Assembly: GCA_020057885.1 (NCBI GenBank)
Contig: JAGVEX010000015.1
Coordinates: 55,862-119,861, forward strand
From: a bacterium
GTDB lineage: Bacteria; Patescibacteriota; Patescibacteriia; Veblenbacterales; UBA10138
Direction: 5' to 3'
DNA length: 64,000 bases
Shown here: positions 29,175 to 38,559 of the stretch, piece by piece
Numbering within the stretch: the stretch's first letter is position 1
Layout of the letters: every line of letters starts with the position of its first letter
Notes under the pieces: generated by a model
Seen by the model: only the letters and a program-made list of their open reading frames with translations
Told to the model about the DNA's origin: nothing
The model's database searches: none
Made by a program: the position numbers and the translations under genes

Positions 29175-31016
29175 TTATTTACCAACTACTGCTTTAAGGC
29201 GTCTAATACCGGCCGCTACTGCTTCCTCTTTGATAATTTTAAAACTGCCAATTTGTCCAGTATGTTCCACGTGCGGCCCGCCGCAAATTTCCGCTGAGTA
29301 AGCTTGCCCTGAATCAACTGAAGGGTCGCCTACGAAATAAACTTTTACCTGATTGCCTAACTTGACGTATTTATCTTCAAACAAACCAATGGCGCCTTTT
29401 TGTTTGGCCTCATCTACCGACAACATTTCAAAATGCACTGGCACATCAGCTTTAATTTTTTCATTCACAATTTTTTCCACTTGAGCTATTTCTTCGGCTG
29501 TCATTTTGGCGGGATGAGAAAAATCAAACCGCAAACGTTCGGCATTTATGTTGCTCCCCTTTTGCGCCACATGTTCGCCTAACACCTGCCGCAGGGCCTG
29601 ATGCAAGAGATGGGTAGCGGTATGATACTTAACCACTATTTCAGAATTATCAGCTAATCCCCCTTTAAACATCCCAACAGATGCTGTTTGTGAAGATTTT
29701 TGGTGTTTTTTTAACTCATTAGAATACTCTGAAGCTATTTCTTCTTTTCTATTTATTAAACTAAGGTTTGGTGTTTTAAAAGTCTGACATAAACGATCCC
29801 ATTCCTCAAAAATAAGCTGAAAACGCAAACCGTGGGTTTGATATAAATTAAAAAAATCTTTACCACCTACAAGCTTAATTTCACCAAGTGTCCTATAAAA
29901 ATCATATAATCTCCTAACCTCTGGCAATCCTTCAGTGATGGCTTTGTTATATTTTTTTTCTTCAATAATTAACTCATCAATTATAAAATCACTGTTTTTT
30001 TGTAATTCTGAATAAATATTTTTAAAAATAGATATAATAATTTCAGCCACCGGAACAACTAAACCATCTTTTACACCAATTAATTTACCACGTTCGATGG
30101 TTTCACGAATCAAACGCCTGACCACATAACCCTGCCCCACATTTGATGGTGAAATACCGTGTGAATCTCCCATGATAAATACCGCCGCTTTAATATGATC
30201 AGCAATAATTCGAATAGCTTTCTCATTCGGTTTAACAGCTAACTCTTTAATCTTGGAAATTATTGGTTCAAATTCCTGAATAGCAAATACATTATCATAA
30301 CCATTTAAAACAGCCAAAGTACGCTCTAAGCCCATCCCTGTATCCACATTCCTTTGTTTTAGTGGTTCAAATTTGCCATCAGCTGTCTTGCTATACTGCA
30401 TAAATACATCATTCCAAATTTCCACCCAACGCTTATCTTTTGGATCAAAAACTTTAGGCGCAGGTTCCTCGCCCACCCAATAAAACATTTCCGTATCCGG
30501 ACCACACGGGCCTGTTAACCCAGCTGGACCCCACCAGTTATCATCCCTGCCCAAAAAAACTATCCGTTCTTTTTGTATACCTTGCTCCTGCCACAACTTA
30601 GCTGACTCATTATCTTGCTCAATATTATTTTTTTCTTCACCCTCAAAACAAGTCACGGCCAATTTTTCTATTGGTAGACCCAACTCTTTAGTTAAAAATT
30701 CAAAACTCCAACTAATTGCTTCCTTTTTCCAGTAGTCACCGAGCGACCAATTACCAAGCATCTCAAAAAAAGTTAAATGCACATCATCGCCAACTTCATC
30801 TATATCCCCTGTCCTAATACATTTTTGGCAAGAAGTTAAACGCTTACCACAAGGATGCTCTTCCCCTAAAAGACAAGGCACCAATGGATGCATACCAGCG
30901 GTGGTAAATAAAACCGTTGGATCGTTTTCGGGAATCAAAGAAGCAGAAGGAATTATCGTATGTCCTTTAGCTCTAAAAAAATCTAAATATTTTTGCCGTA
31001 GTTCTTGAGACGTCAT
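29175..31016 (-). CDS. alaS: Alanine--tRNA ligase, short form lacking the C-terminal C-Ala domain
   Basis: The class II catalytic core (FTTAGMHPLVP) and the editing domain (HTATHLLHQALRQVLGEHVAQKGS) are present. At about 613 aa it is far shorter than the usual length near 870 aa. The start was chosen at MTSQEL. Confidence 0.85.
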   Translation of the reverse strand: MTSQELRQKYLDFFRAKGHTIIPSASLIPENDPTVLFTTAGMHPLVPCLLGEEHPCGKRLTSCQKCIRTGDIDEVGDDVHLTFFEMLGNWSLGDYWKKEAISWSFEFLTKELGLPIEKLAVTCFEGEEKNNIEQDNESAKLWQEQGIQKERIVFLGRDDNWWGPAGLTGPCGPDTEMFYWVGEEPAPKVFDPKDKRWVEIWNDVFMQYSKTADGKFEPLKQRNVDTGMGLERTLAVLNGYDNVFAIQEFEPIISKIKELAVKPNEKAIRIIADHIKAAVFIMGDSHGISPSNVGQGYVVRRLIRETIERGKLIGVKDGLVVPVAEIIISIFKNIYSELQKNSDFIIDELIIEEKKYNKAITEGLPEVRRLYDFYRTLGEIKLVGGKDFFNLYQTHGLRFQLIFEEWDRLCQTFKTPNLSLINRKEEIASEYSNELKKHQKSSQTASVGMFKGGLADNSEIVVKYHTATHLLHQALRQVLGEHVAQKGSNINAERLRFDFSHPAKMTAEEIAQVEKIVNEKIKADVPVHFEMLSVDEAKQKGAIGLFEDKYVKLGNQVKVYFVGDPSVDSGQAYSAEICGGPHVEHTGQIGSFKIIKEEAVAAGIRRLKAVVGK

Positions 31017-31029
31017 AATCAAACTAATT

Positions 31030-32160
31030 TTACCAAATAAACCCCTTTTTTTCAACTTTTTCAATAACTGCGCTACCAACTACTTCTAAATTATTTTTTA
31101 CCTTGCGGTAAAATACGGCTGACTGACCGGGGGTAATAGCCCGCTGTGGTTTAATAAACTTAACACGCAGTCCTGTACTAATTTTACTAACTTGAGCTTT
31201 AAAAACCGGATGGCGATAGCGGTGCCTAACCAAAAAAGTAGCCGGCAATTTAGGCGCCGTTTCTGCTACCCAATGAACTTTTTCAGCTATAAATTTGCTA
31301 GCTAGTAAATATTTCTGCTCAACTAATTTACCAACAATTAAAGTATTAGCTTTCCATTTCCGCCCAATAACATACCACGGCCCGCCAGCTAATCCCATAC
31401 CGTGCCTTTGGCCAATAGTATAAAAAGCTAAACCAATGTGTTTGCCCAAAACGCGGCCTTTGGTATCCACAATCGGTCCGGGCTTTTCCTGCAGTCTAGT
31501 ACGCAAAAAATCTTCTACTTTAACTTCGCCAATAAAACAAATGCCAACGCTATCGGGCTTGGCTGCCACTGGCAATTTAAGTTTCTTAGCCAATTGGCGT
31601 ACTTCAACTTTAGTCATTCCGCCTACTGGAAATAAAATATGTTTTAATTGATGCTGAGTTAAAGTGCAAAGAAAATAAGATTGATCTTTTTCTTTATCAA
31701 TACCATTTAATAAATGAAATTGCCATTTGCGATTTGCCATTTGCGATTTGCCAACTTTCGCGTAGTGTCCTGTGGCAATAAAATCCGCACCTGACTCCAG
31801 TGCTCTTTTTAAAAACAAAGGGATCTTTACAAATTGATTACAGCGAATATCCGGGTTAGGTGTACGACCACGCGCGTATTCCTTAAAAAAATAATCTATC
31901 ACATCGCGTCGATACTCTTTTTCAAAATCCCAAACCTCAAAAGGTATTTTTAATTTTTGCGCAACTTTTTTAGCATCATCACGCTCGCGAGTCCACTGGC
32001 ACTCCCCTGCTAAATTAAGATGCGTGCCTGTCCAATTTTTCATAAATACAGCATGCACATCGTAACCCTGCTTTTTTAAAAGGTATGCTGAAACAGCGGA
32101 ATCAACTCCACCGGATAAACCGATAAAAACTTTAACCTTACTCTGGCCCATAATTTTCAA
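31030..32160 (-). CDS. mnmA: tRNA-specific 2-thiouridylase
   Basis: The PP-loop SGGVDSAV is present, with MnmA-like central and C-terminal domains. Confidence 0.85.
   Translation of the reverse strand: MKIMGQSKVKVFIGLSGGVDSAVSAYLLKKQGYDVHAVFMKNWTGTHLNLAGECQWTRERDDAKKVAQKLKIPFEVWDFEKEYRRDVIDYFFKEYARGRTPNPDIRCNQFVKIPLFLKRALESGADFIATGHYAKVGKSQMANRKWQFHLLNGIDKEKDQSYFLCTLTQHQLKHILFPVGGMTKVEVRQLAKKLKLPVAAKPDSVGICFIGEVKVEDFLRTRLQEKPGPIVDTKGRVLGKHIGLAFYTIGQRHGMGLAGGPWYVIGRKWKANTLIVGKLVEQKYLLASKFIAEKVHWVAETAPKLPATFLVRHRYRHPVFKAQVSKISTGLRVKFIKPQRAITPGQSAVFYRKVKNNLEVVGSAVIEKVEKKGFIW
31716..31756. repeat. Tandem duplication of a 14-mer (GCCATTTGCGATTT, about 2.5 copies) inside mnmA
   Basis: Read directly. 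It encodes ...KSQMANRKWQ... in frame. Confidence 0.6.
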
Positions 32161-32211
32161 ACAAAAAAGTGAGTAAAATTACCCACCTTTTATTGTATCA
32201 TAAACGCGTGA

Positions 32212-33153
32212 TTATTCCGTAACTAACTCGGCTAGCACAACATATCGCTTAAGCGCCGTACCAATAGGCCAGGAGGTCTGCAAGGTCAACAAACGGCTCT
32301 TGTAGTCATTTTGGCCCAAATAATGCGTGTCAGAAGCGGCTACCACCTTACTCTCGGTGACTTTATAAGTGTAAACCTTGCCATTATGATCGCTTAACAA
32401 AATTTCAGCGCCAATTTTTATTTTAGGTAATACAGCAAACACAGTTCTATACTTCCCATTGCTCCACCAATAATCACTGGAATGCCCAAAAATATACACG
32501 TTGCCATACTCACCAGGATTTACTGTACCTGGATAATGAACCACGCCGTTTTTCAAACCTGCCTGAAAAGAATCCTCGTTGGCCTGCTCAACATAAATTA
32601 CCGGCACTAATAAATTAAGACTAGAAATAGAAAGTGTGTCAGCGGACAAGCTTTCTGCTGGTTTAGTTTGAGACTTAGGTGAAACTAAGGTGGCAATAAA
32701 ATTATTAGCGTTGCTTAAATTAGGTACCAAATATCGGTGATAATCAACTGGATTAACATACCAAAGCTCGCCAAGATTTTGCACTTGAATAAATAATTTA
32801 CCACTCTGTTTTTTAGCAAAGCTAAGATTAAGTTTTGTACGAGCAGTAGAAGATGAATAGTCAATCTCCAAGCCGCCCATAGGAATACGAGCTAGATCAG
32901 CATTAGTAATTCCAATCGGTTTTAAATTTGCCGGCAAACTTAAAACTTTCTTTATAGAAGAAGCGTTATTAGAACTCTGATTTTGTTGATTATCGCTTTG
33001 TGCTTGGGTAGCGGTTGGTTGCAATTGAGACACTATTATCGGCTCAGTTGAGTATCTCAAATTAGCCCAAATATACTGGGCGTTAAATGCCACTAATGCA
33101 ACCACACTCAAAATTAAGGCCCAACCAATTGTCCGCCAAGGATTTGTATTCAT
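32212..33153 (-). CDS. Sortase-family protein whose predicted catalytic Cys is replaced by Ser (TLQTSWP instead of TLxTC)
   Basis: An N-terminal TM and linker precede VHYPGTVNPGEYGNVYIFGHSS (His motif). The segment LLTLQTSWP...KRY aligns to the TLxTC...R signature. The Ser codon is TCC at 32272-32274. It is adjacent to an LPRTG protein. Confidence 0.6.
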   Translation of the reverse strand: MNTNPWRTIGWALILSVVALVAFNAQYIWANLRYSTEPIIVSQLQPTATQAQSDNQQNQSSNNASSIKKVLSLPANLKPIGITNADLARIPMGGLEIDYSSSTARTKLNLSFAKKQSGKLFIQVQNLGELWYVNPVDYHRYLVPNLSNANNFIATLVSPKSQTKPAESLSADTLSISSLNLLVPVIYVEQANEDSFQAGLKNGVVHYPGTVNPGEYGNVYIFGHSSDYWWSNGKYRTVFAVLPKIKIGAEILLSDHNGKVYTYKVTESKVVAASDTHYLGQNDYKSRLLTLQTSWPIGTALKRYVVLAELVTE

Positions 33154-33158
33154 ATTAA

Positions 33159-35885
33159 TTAATTGCTAACCCAATCTTTACCAACTTCCTTAAAACCAAT
33201 GACAAATAAAGCCAAAACCGGCAAAGCTAATAATATCGCCATAGGAAAACCTGTACGGGGAAGCTCTGTTGTAACACCAAGAACTTTTGGTACAGGTGGT
33301 GTTGTGATCGTCACACTCGCACTTTTTATTGTAGAGCAACCAACGCCACCGTTAAATTTAGCATAAACTGTTTTAATTCCATCACCTGATAATAATATCC
33401 AACTATGTGTTGGGGCTGGTGTTTCATAACTAGAGCCACTAAGATTAGCATTATTACTCAAAGCTATACCAGTTATGGTACTAGGATAAGTAAGATTTAA
33501 TGTTACGTTTGTTCCTGTAACAACAGGCCCTTCTACAATAGAAAAAACAAAATTGGCTGGATTAAAACCAGTACAAAAATCTCCACCACCTCCGCCGCCG
33601 CCTCCACCTCCCCCACCTTGGTCATCGTTAATCACTACACAAGTTTTTGTTTCACCAGCGGCAATAGTACCAGAACAATCGGAACCTAAACTCTTGCTAT
33701 AACCGAGTGATGAAACTTCATCAACACTATAACTGCCAGCATCCAAAGTAACAGTAGTACCTGCTTCGTCACCAGCGAATGAAGCGCTGGAGACGTTAGT
33801 ACCAGTTACGTTCATAGTAAAGTCGGCAACTGTTTTAGTTTTACCATTATCATTAATCACGTGTTTTTTTACAATTAAAGTTGCAGAAGATGGGGGTGTT
33901 GGTACATCACTATTAGTAATGGTACAAGTTTTACTCTCACCAACTAACAAAGCTGTTACGCCAGTACTGTCGCAATCGCCACTAAAAACAGCATTATAAC
34001 CCGTAGGAGTGGTGTCTTCACTCACAGTGTAAGTTCCGGGCAATAAAGTGTAAGAAACGCCTGTTTCAGAACCTACTGCTGGAGAACCAGCCACTTCCAA
34101 AATACCTTGTTTTAAATGTAAATTAAAATCAGTTGAAGTCTTTGTGCCACCGTGAGTATTAATAACCAACTTAATCACTTTAATAATACCGTGACTGGGC
34201 GGTGGTGGAGCATCGTCATCATTCGTTATAGTACAGGTCTTAGTTTCACCAATCGCAATAGTACCAGCACAATCAGTACCTAAGGTTTTAGTATATCCAT
34301 CAACTGTAGTTTCATCTACGCTGTAACTGCCAGCATCCAAAGTAACAGTAGTACCTGCTTCGTCACCTGCAAATGAAGCACTGGAGACGTTGGTACCAGT
34401 TACGTTCATGGTAAAATCGGCAGCTGTTTTAGTTTTACCATTATCATTAATAACGTATTTTTTTACAATAAGTTGTGGTTGAATATCATCATTAGTTATG
34501 GTACAAGTTTTAGTTTCACCAATCGTAATAGTGCCAGTACATTCATCTGAAGTACTAGAAGTATAATCAGCTACTGCTGTTTCAGAAACTAAGTATGTGC
34601 CAGCATCTAGGGTAACAGTTGTACCGGTATCCGAACCCGCAAAACTAGCAGATGAAACATTAGTACCCATGATATTCATAGTAAAATCCGCAGGAACTTT
34701 TATTCCACCATTGTCATTTATCACTTGTTTTTTCACAATAAGCTGTGGTGGAATATCATCGTTAGTTATAGTACAAGTTTTAGTTTCAGAAACTGCTAAA
34801 ATAACTGTGCCGTCTGTTGCGCAATCACTGGTAATAGAAGTCTTGTTATAACCAACTGGCGCAGTATCTTCACTCACGGTGTAAGTTCCTGGTAATAAAG
34901 TGTAGGTAGTGCCAGTGGTAGACCCAACTATTGGCGAACTAGCAACATCCACACCGGTATCCATAACATGAAGCATAAAGTCAGCGGCTGTTTTAGTACC
35001 GCCGTTATCATTTACTACCTGTTTTTTTATAATTAACGTACCAGTAGTTGGCGGTGGTGGAGCATCATCATCGTTTGTCACGGTACAAGTTTTGGTTTCA
35101 CCAACTGCGATAGTGCCAGCGCAGTCTGTACCTAGAGCTTTGGTGTATCCATCAACTGCAGTTTCATCTACGCTGTAACTGCCAGCATCCAAAGTAACAG
35201 TAGTACCTGCTTCGTCACCAGCGAATGAAGCGCTGGATACGTTGGTGCCTGTTACATTCATAGTAAAATCGGCAGCTGTTTTAGTTTTACCATTATCATT
35301 AATCACGTGTTTTTGAACAATTAAAGTAGCTTTACAATCTTTTGTCACACTAGTGTGGGTGGTATTACTAGAAACCCAAACAGTAAAATTCCCATATTCC
35401 AATGATGTAGCACGAGCTATATTTGTAATATCAAACGTATCACAAGAACTTGGTGTATTTACTGCGGCTGTCCAAACAATTTGACCAGCTTGACCTGGTG
35501 TTAAAGTATGTGCGTTCCAGGTTAAAGTACGGCTACCACTTTGGTATAAAGGAATTGCATAATAAGCAGTTGATATATTGCTACTAGTAGTAGAGTTAAC
35601 AAAAGTTAAATTAACATCTACTACGTCCTGCACTTTAATACCACCGCCCGTACAATTGGCAGTACCAGTATTTTTTATATCTATAGTGTAAGTTAAAGTA
35701 TCACCCGGATTAGCTGTGGCCGAACTCACCTGCTTAGTAAGAGTGAGGATACATTGCCCCGTGGCATTAACAGATGTCGGCGCTATAGCAATGTTGGTAG
35801 ATACCAACCCTGTTATTAACAAAGTGGCAAAAATACCAATTGTCCACCACCGCCAAGGTAACTTTTTGAATTTAAATATAAACAT
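33159..35885 (-). CDS. LPXTG (LPRTG) cell-wall-anchored surface protein with DUF11-like N-domain, several near-identical prealbumin-fold (Cna-B/SpaA-like) repeats and a Gly12 linker
   Basis: 908 aa with an N-terminal signal. The unit LIVKKHVINDNGKTKTAADFTMNVTGTNVSSASFAGDEAGTTVTLDAGSYSVDE...TKTCT.TNDD recurs. The C-terminus LPRTG, a hydrophobic stretch and KEVGKDW form a sortase sorting signal. Confidence 0.8.
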   Translation of the reverse strand: MFIFKFKKLPWRWWTIGIFATLLITGLVSTNIAIAPTSVNATGQCILTLTKQVSSATANPGDTLTYTIDIKNTGTANCTGGGIKVQDVVDVNLTFVNSTTSSNISTAYYAIPLYQSGSRTLTWNAHTLTPGQAGQIVWTAAVNTPSSCDTFDITNIARATSLEYGNFTVWVSSNTTHTSVTKDCKATLIVQKHVINDNGKTKTAADFTMNVTGTNVSSASFAGDEAGTTVTLDAGSYSVDETAVDGYTKALGTDCAGTIAVGETKTCTVTNDDDAPPPPTTGTLIIKKQVVNDNGGTKTAADFMLHVMDTGVDVASSPIVGSTTGTTYTLLPGTYTVSEDTAPVGYNKTSITSDCATDGTVILAVSETKTCTITNDDIPPQLIVKKQVINDNGGIKVPADFTMNIMGTNVSSASFAGSDTGTTVTLDAGTYLVSETAVADYTSSTSDECTGTITIGETKTCTITNDDIQPQLIVKKYVINDNGKTKTAADFTMNVTGTNVSSASFAGDEAGTTVTLDAGSYSVDETTVDGYTKTLGTDCAGTIAIGETKTCTITNDDDAPPPPSHGIIKVIKLVINTHGGTKTSTDFNLHLKQGILEVAGSPAVGSETGVSYTLLPGTYTVSEDTTPTGYNAVFSGDCDSTGVTALLVGESKTCTITNSDVPTPPSSATLIVKKHVINDNGKTKTVADFTMNVTGTNVSSASFAGDEAGTTVTLDAGSYSVDEVSSLGYSKSLGSDCSGTIAAGETKTCVVINDDQGGGGGGGGGGGGDFCTGFNPANFVFSIVEGPVVTGTNVTLNLTYPSTITGIALSNNANLSGSSYETPAPTHSWILLSGDGIKTVYAKFNGGVGCSTIKSASVTITTPPVPKVLGVTTELPRTGFPMAILLALPVLALFVIGFKEVGKDWVSN
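33700..35330. repeat. Three near-identical intragenic nucleotide repeats of about 280 nt (about 33700-33880, 34200-34480, 35040-35330) in the LPXTG protein gene
   Basis: The three copies are nearly identical at the nucleotide level. Confidence 0.7.
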
Positions 35886-36004
35886 AAAATGTGATTTAAA
35901 TTAAAAATGAGATCCTATTAATAATTAAGATCCCTACATTCTTAACATATATAGTAAAAATAATCAATAATTTATTTTCCACAACAACTATACTCACGAA
36001 ACGA

Positions 36005-36898
36005 CTATTTATTTAAAGCGGCTCTGGTGATTGGTCCTACAAAACCAGTTGCGGTAATACCATTTTTACGCTGATAAGCTTGTACGGCTCTAAAAATAGA
36101 CCAACTAAAATAGGTTGATATTTTCCCTTTATAAAAGCCTAAGATCGTTAAACGTTTTTGCAATTCTTTTACATCATTATCCCACATTCCTAGCCACATA
36201 TTATGTGTGAAAGAAAAATTAACCACACCAGAAACTATACCTGAAATTTTAGGTGGTTTATTATTACCGTTATTATTGTTGCTATTGTTGTTATTACTGC
36301 CGTTATTATTATTATTGTTATTTGAATTATCATTATTTGTTGTACCACCGCCGCCACCGCTTTGTGTTGTAATTAAACCAAGCAAGGGGGTACTGGCAGT
36401 AAACAATGTTCCTTCGCCTGAAACGCCGACTTGAATATCAAATCCTACGCTGCCATTTTGATAATTATTATTTGCTGAATTATTAAATGTTACTGCAAAA
36501 TTATATTGCGTTTGTACGCCGCTTGCTATTTCCGAAAGATTTGTTACGTCATTGTCATACAAACTTCCTAAGGTGCCTATGTAAAGAGTTGCAGTATTTT
36601 GAGTGATAACAACATTCAACTGCGAAGCTAAATTATCATTATCAATAAACGAATTTAACTTTACACCAATAAGTTTTGGGGTTGAGGTATTGTTTGTTAC
36701 CTTAACATAACGAGTTACTGTATTGCCGGGCAAAAAATTTACTTCGCTAAACAGTGGTTTATATTCAAATTCAATTAAAATATTGGGTGCAACAGGTGTA
36801 GCTAAAGCTGAATGTGGCCAAACAAAAAATAATGAAAAAGCGCCAAGTATAACTAAGCTTAATTTTATAATATTAAATTTCTCAAAAAAACTATTCAT
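36005..36898 (-). CDS. Secreted protein with N-terminal beta-rich domain, poly-Asn/Gly/Ser low-complexity linker and C-terminal peptidoglycan-binding domain (PG_binding_1-like)
   Basis: Classical signal peptide (ALA|TP). The linker is NNNNNNNGSNNNNSNNNN. The C-terminus VKELQKRLTILGFYKGKISTYFSWSIFRAVQAYQRKNGITATGFVGPITRAAL matches the PG-binding repeat. Confidence 0.65.
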   Translation of the reverse strand: MNSFFEKFNIIKLSLVILGAFSLFFVWPHSALATPVAPNILIEFEYKPLFSEVNFLPGNTVTRYVKVTNNTSTPKLIGVKLNSFIDNDNLASQLNVVITQNTATLYIGTLGSLYDNDVTNLSEIASGVQTQYNFAVTFNNSANNNYQNGSVGFDIQVGVSGEGTLFTASTPLLGLITTQSGGGGGTTNNDNSNNNNNNNGSNNNNSNNNNGNNKPPKISGIVSGVVNFSFTHNMWLGMWDNDVKELQKRLTILGFYKGKISTYFSWSIFRAVQAYQRKNGITATGFVGPITRAALNK

Positions 36899-36906
36899 AA
36901 ATATTA

Positions 36907-37974
36907 TTAATTAATTGGCGCGGTGCCATCATTGGGTGTTAAAGGGACCAAGGTTGGTTCTGGTAAAATTGGGTCCTCTACTGGTGCTAAGGGATCAATT
37001 GGAGGAATTAATTCATCAGTTGGTGTAATTAGAGAAGTCGTTTCAATTACTGGATCGCTCGGAATTATAGGCTCGTTAACTAATACATCGGTGGATAAAA
37101 TTTCAATTACCGCATCTGGGTCAAGACTTTCTTGGGTGCCTAATACTTTTGGATTAATTACAGTGCCATCATCAATAATACTTGAACTGCGTGGTAGGCA
37201 CCAAGTACCAGCCGTAACAGTACCGCTTATTTGCGCGGTATCGGTAAAGTAGCCAACGCCATAACTCGGGGCTTCCAACTGCCAAGCTTTAAACAAAATA
37301 TTAAAATTACAAGCCTTGCCACGCAAACTCTCATTATTACTGGTAAGCTTTAAAGCAAAAGTCCAATCTTCTGGTGTGCTAAACTCAAAAGCCCCACTGC
37401 TAAATCCTACCAAAGAACCTGTATATACGGTGTTACCTTTTAGCATAGCTGTTAGTTCTAAAGCTACACATAAGTCTCCACTTACAACATCAGACTCAGT
37501 TGAATATTTAAAATTAATCGCGCCGGTTTGTGTTAATAATACTGGCAAGGCAGTGGTTTCATTGGGCTTAATAGCCAAATTACTGCCTGCTGGCTGATAC
37601 TCCCCTGCCACGGCATTCAAACTTAATGAAATGGTAGATAAATTATTATCTATTGACTCTTCGGTATCGCTAAAATAAGAACTAGTGCCAATTATTCCTG
37701 TTAATTCAGTTGCTAATAAGGCGATTATGGCCACTAGCGTGCCACCCTTCAAAACAAACCTTCTTAATAATATTCTATTTGCTTTACGGCGTTGTAATTT
37801 GTGTAAAATTATTTTGTAACCTCTATACACCCTGCGCTCAGACCGATACATAGCCAAAACCAATTTGCGCCCGCGTTTAAAATACAAAGCCACCGCTTTG
37901 TGTGCACGTCGAACATAGCGTTGTAACACTCTGCTTATTTTTCGCACTCGGCGTTGTAATTTTAGCTGACGCAT
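36907..37974 (-). CDS. SipW-cognate-signal family protein with an unusually long Arg/Lys-rich N-terminal region and a Pro-rich C-terminal tail
   Basis: A highly basic N-terminus of more than 35 aa precedes a TM, then GTSSYFSDTEESIDNN (SipW-cognate-like motif). The C-terminus is PIIPSDPVIETT...PILPEPTLVPLTPNDGTAPIN. Confidence 0.55.
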   Translation of the reverse strand: MRQLKLQRRVRKISRVLQRYVRRAHKAVALYFKRGRKLVLAMYRSERRVYRGYKIILHKLQRRKANRILLRRFVLKGGTLVAIIALLATELTGIIGTSSYFSDTEESIDNNLSTISLSLNAVAGEYQPAGSNLAIKPNETTALPVLLTQTGAINFKYSTESDVVSGDLCVALELTAMLKGNTVYTGSLVGFSSGAFEFSTPEDWTFALKLTSNNESLRGKACNFNILFKAWQLEAPSYGVGYFTDTAQISGTVTAGTWCLPRSSSIIDDGTVINPKVLGTQESLDPDAVIEILSTDVLVNEPIIPSDPVIETTSLITPTDELIPPIDPLAPVEDPILPEPTLVPLTPNDGTAPIN

Positions 37975-37983
37975 AAATTAAGC

Positions 37984-38559
37984 TTAAACTATCTTAGTTT
38001 CTGCTTTCTTTTTATTTCTTAGCTTAGCTATTTCCTGCCACACTTTTTTGCCTTCGTCGTACATAAGAATAAGTGCTGGCAAAATAACTAATACTGCAAA
38101 ACCAATCGGCTTTTTAGCCGCCGCCACACCATAACCAACGTAAGGCATACTGAATAGTGTTTTGCCAATTACATCGCGTCCGCGCACCTCACGCATATCT
38201 TGGTTATTATTGGCATCACCTTTGGTTAGATAAACTGGGCGACCAGAATCATTTTTTACTTCCACAATACGATGCGTAGTGGGCGGTTTAACTTTAGAAA
38301 ATGGTCCAAAAGTAATAATATCACCTACTTGATAACTACTAGCTGGTCTAACTACCACCACGCTGCCAGTTTTAATCGCCGGCTCCATGGAGCCCGATTG
38401 CACCACAAAAGCTTTAATTCCACCCGGTATGGGCAAAGCGGAAGAAATTAAGACCAACACAATAAACAGCGCTACGGCCAAAAACGCGTAGGAAAGTATT
38501 TTATAAATTGTATCAATAACTTTTTTCATAAATAAACTATTTTTTATTATGGCGCGCAA
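37984..38559 (-). CDS. sipW: Signal peptidase I, SipW/ER/archaeal type (S26B-like)
   Basis: An N-terminal TM is followed by VVQSGSMEPAIKTGSVVVV (catalytic Ser box) and TTHRIVEV (His box), then a C-terminal TM. At about 180-191 aa the size fits. Confidence 0.75.
   Translation of the reverse strand: MRAIIKNSLFMKKVIDTIYKILSYAFLAVALFIVLVLISSALPIPGGIKAFVVQSGSMEPAIKTGSVVVVRPASSYQVGDIITFGPFSKVKPPTTHRIVEVKNDSGRPVYLTKGDANNNQDMREVRGRDVIGKTLFSMPYVGYGVAAAKKPIGFAVLVILPALILMYDEGKKVWQEIAKLRNKKKAETKIV

Noticed and set aside
33590-33625. GC-rich (CCACC/CCGCC)n stretch as a possible repeat element or frameshift hotspot
   Set aside because: It simply encodes the Gly12 flexible linker of the LPXTG protein on the opposite strand, and the frame is intact.
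36207-36434. 75-aa plus-strand poly-Leu ORF antisense to the poly-Asn linker
   Set aside because: It is an antisense artefact of the AAT/AAC-rich repeat on the coding strand of the 36005-36898 gene.
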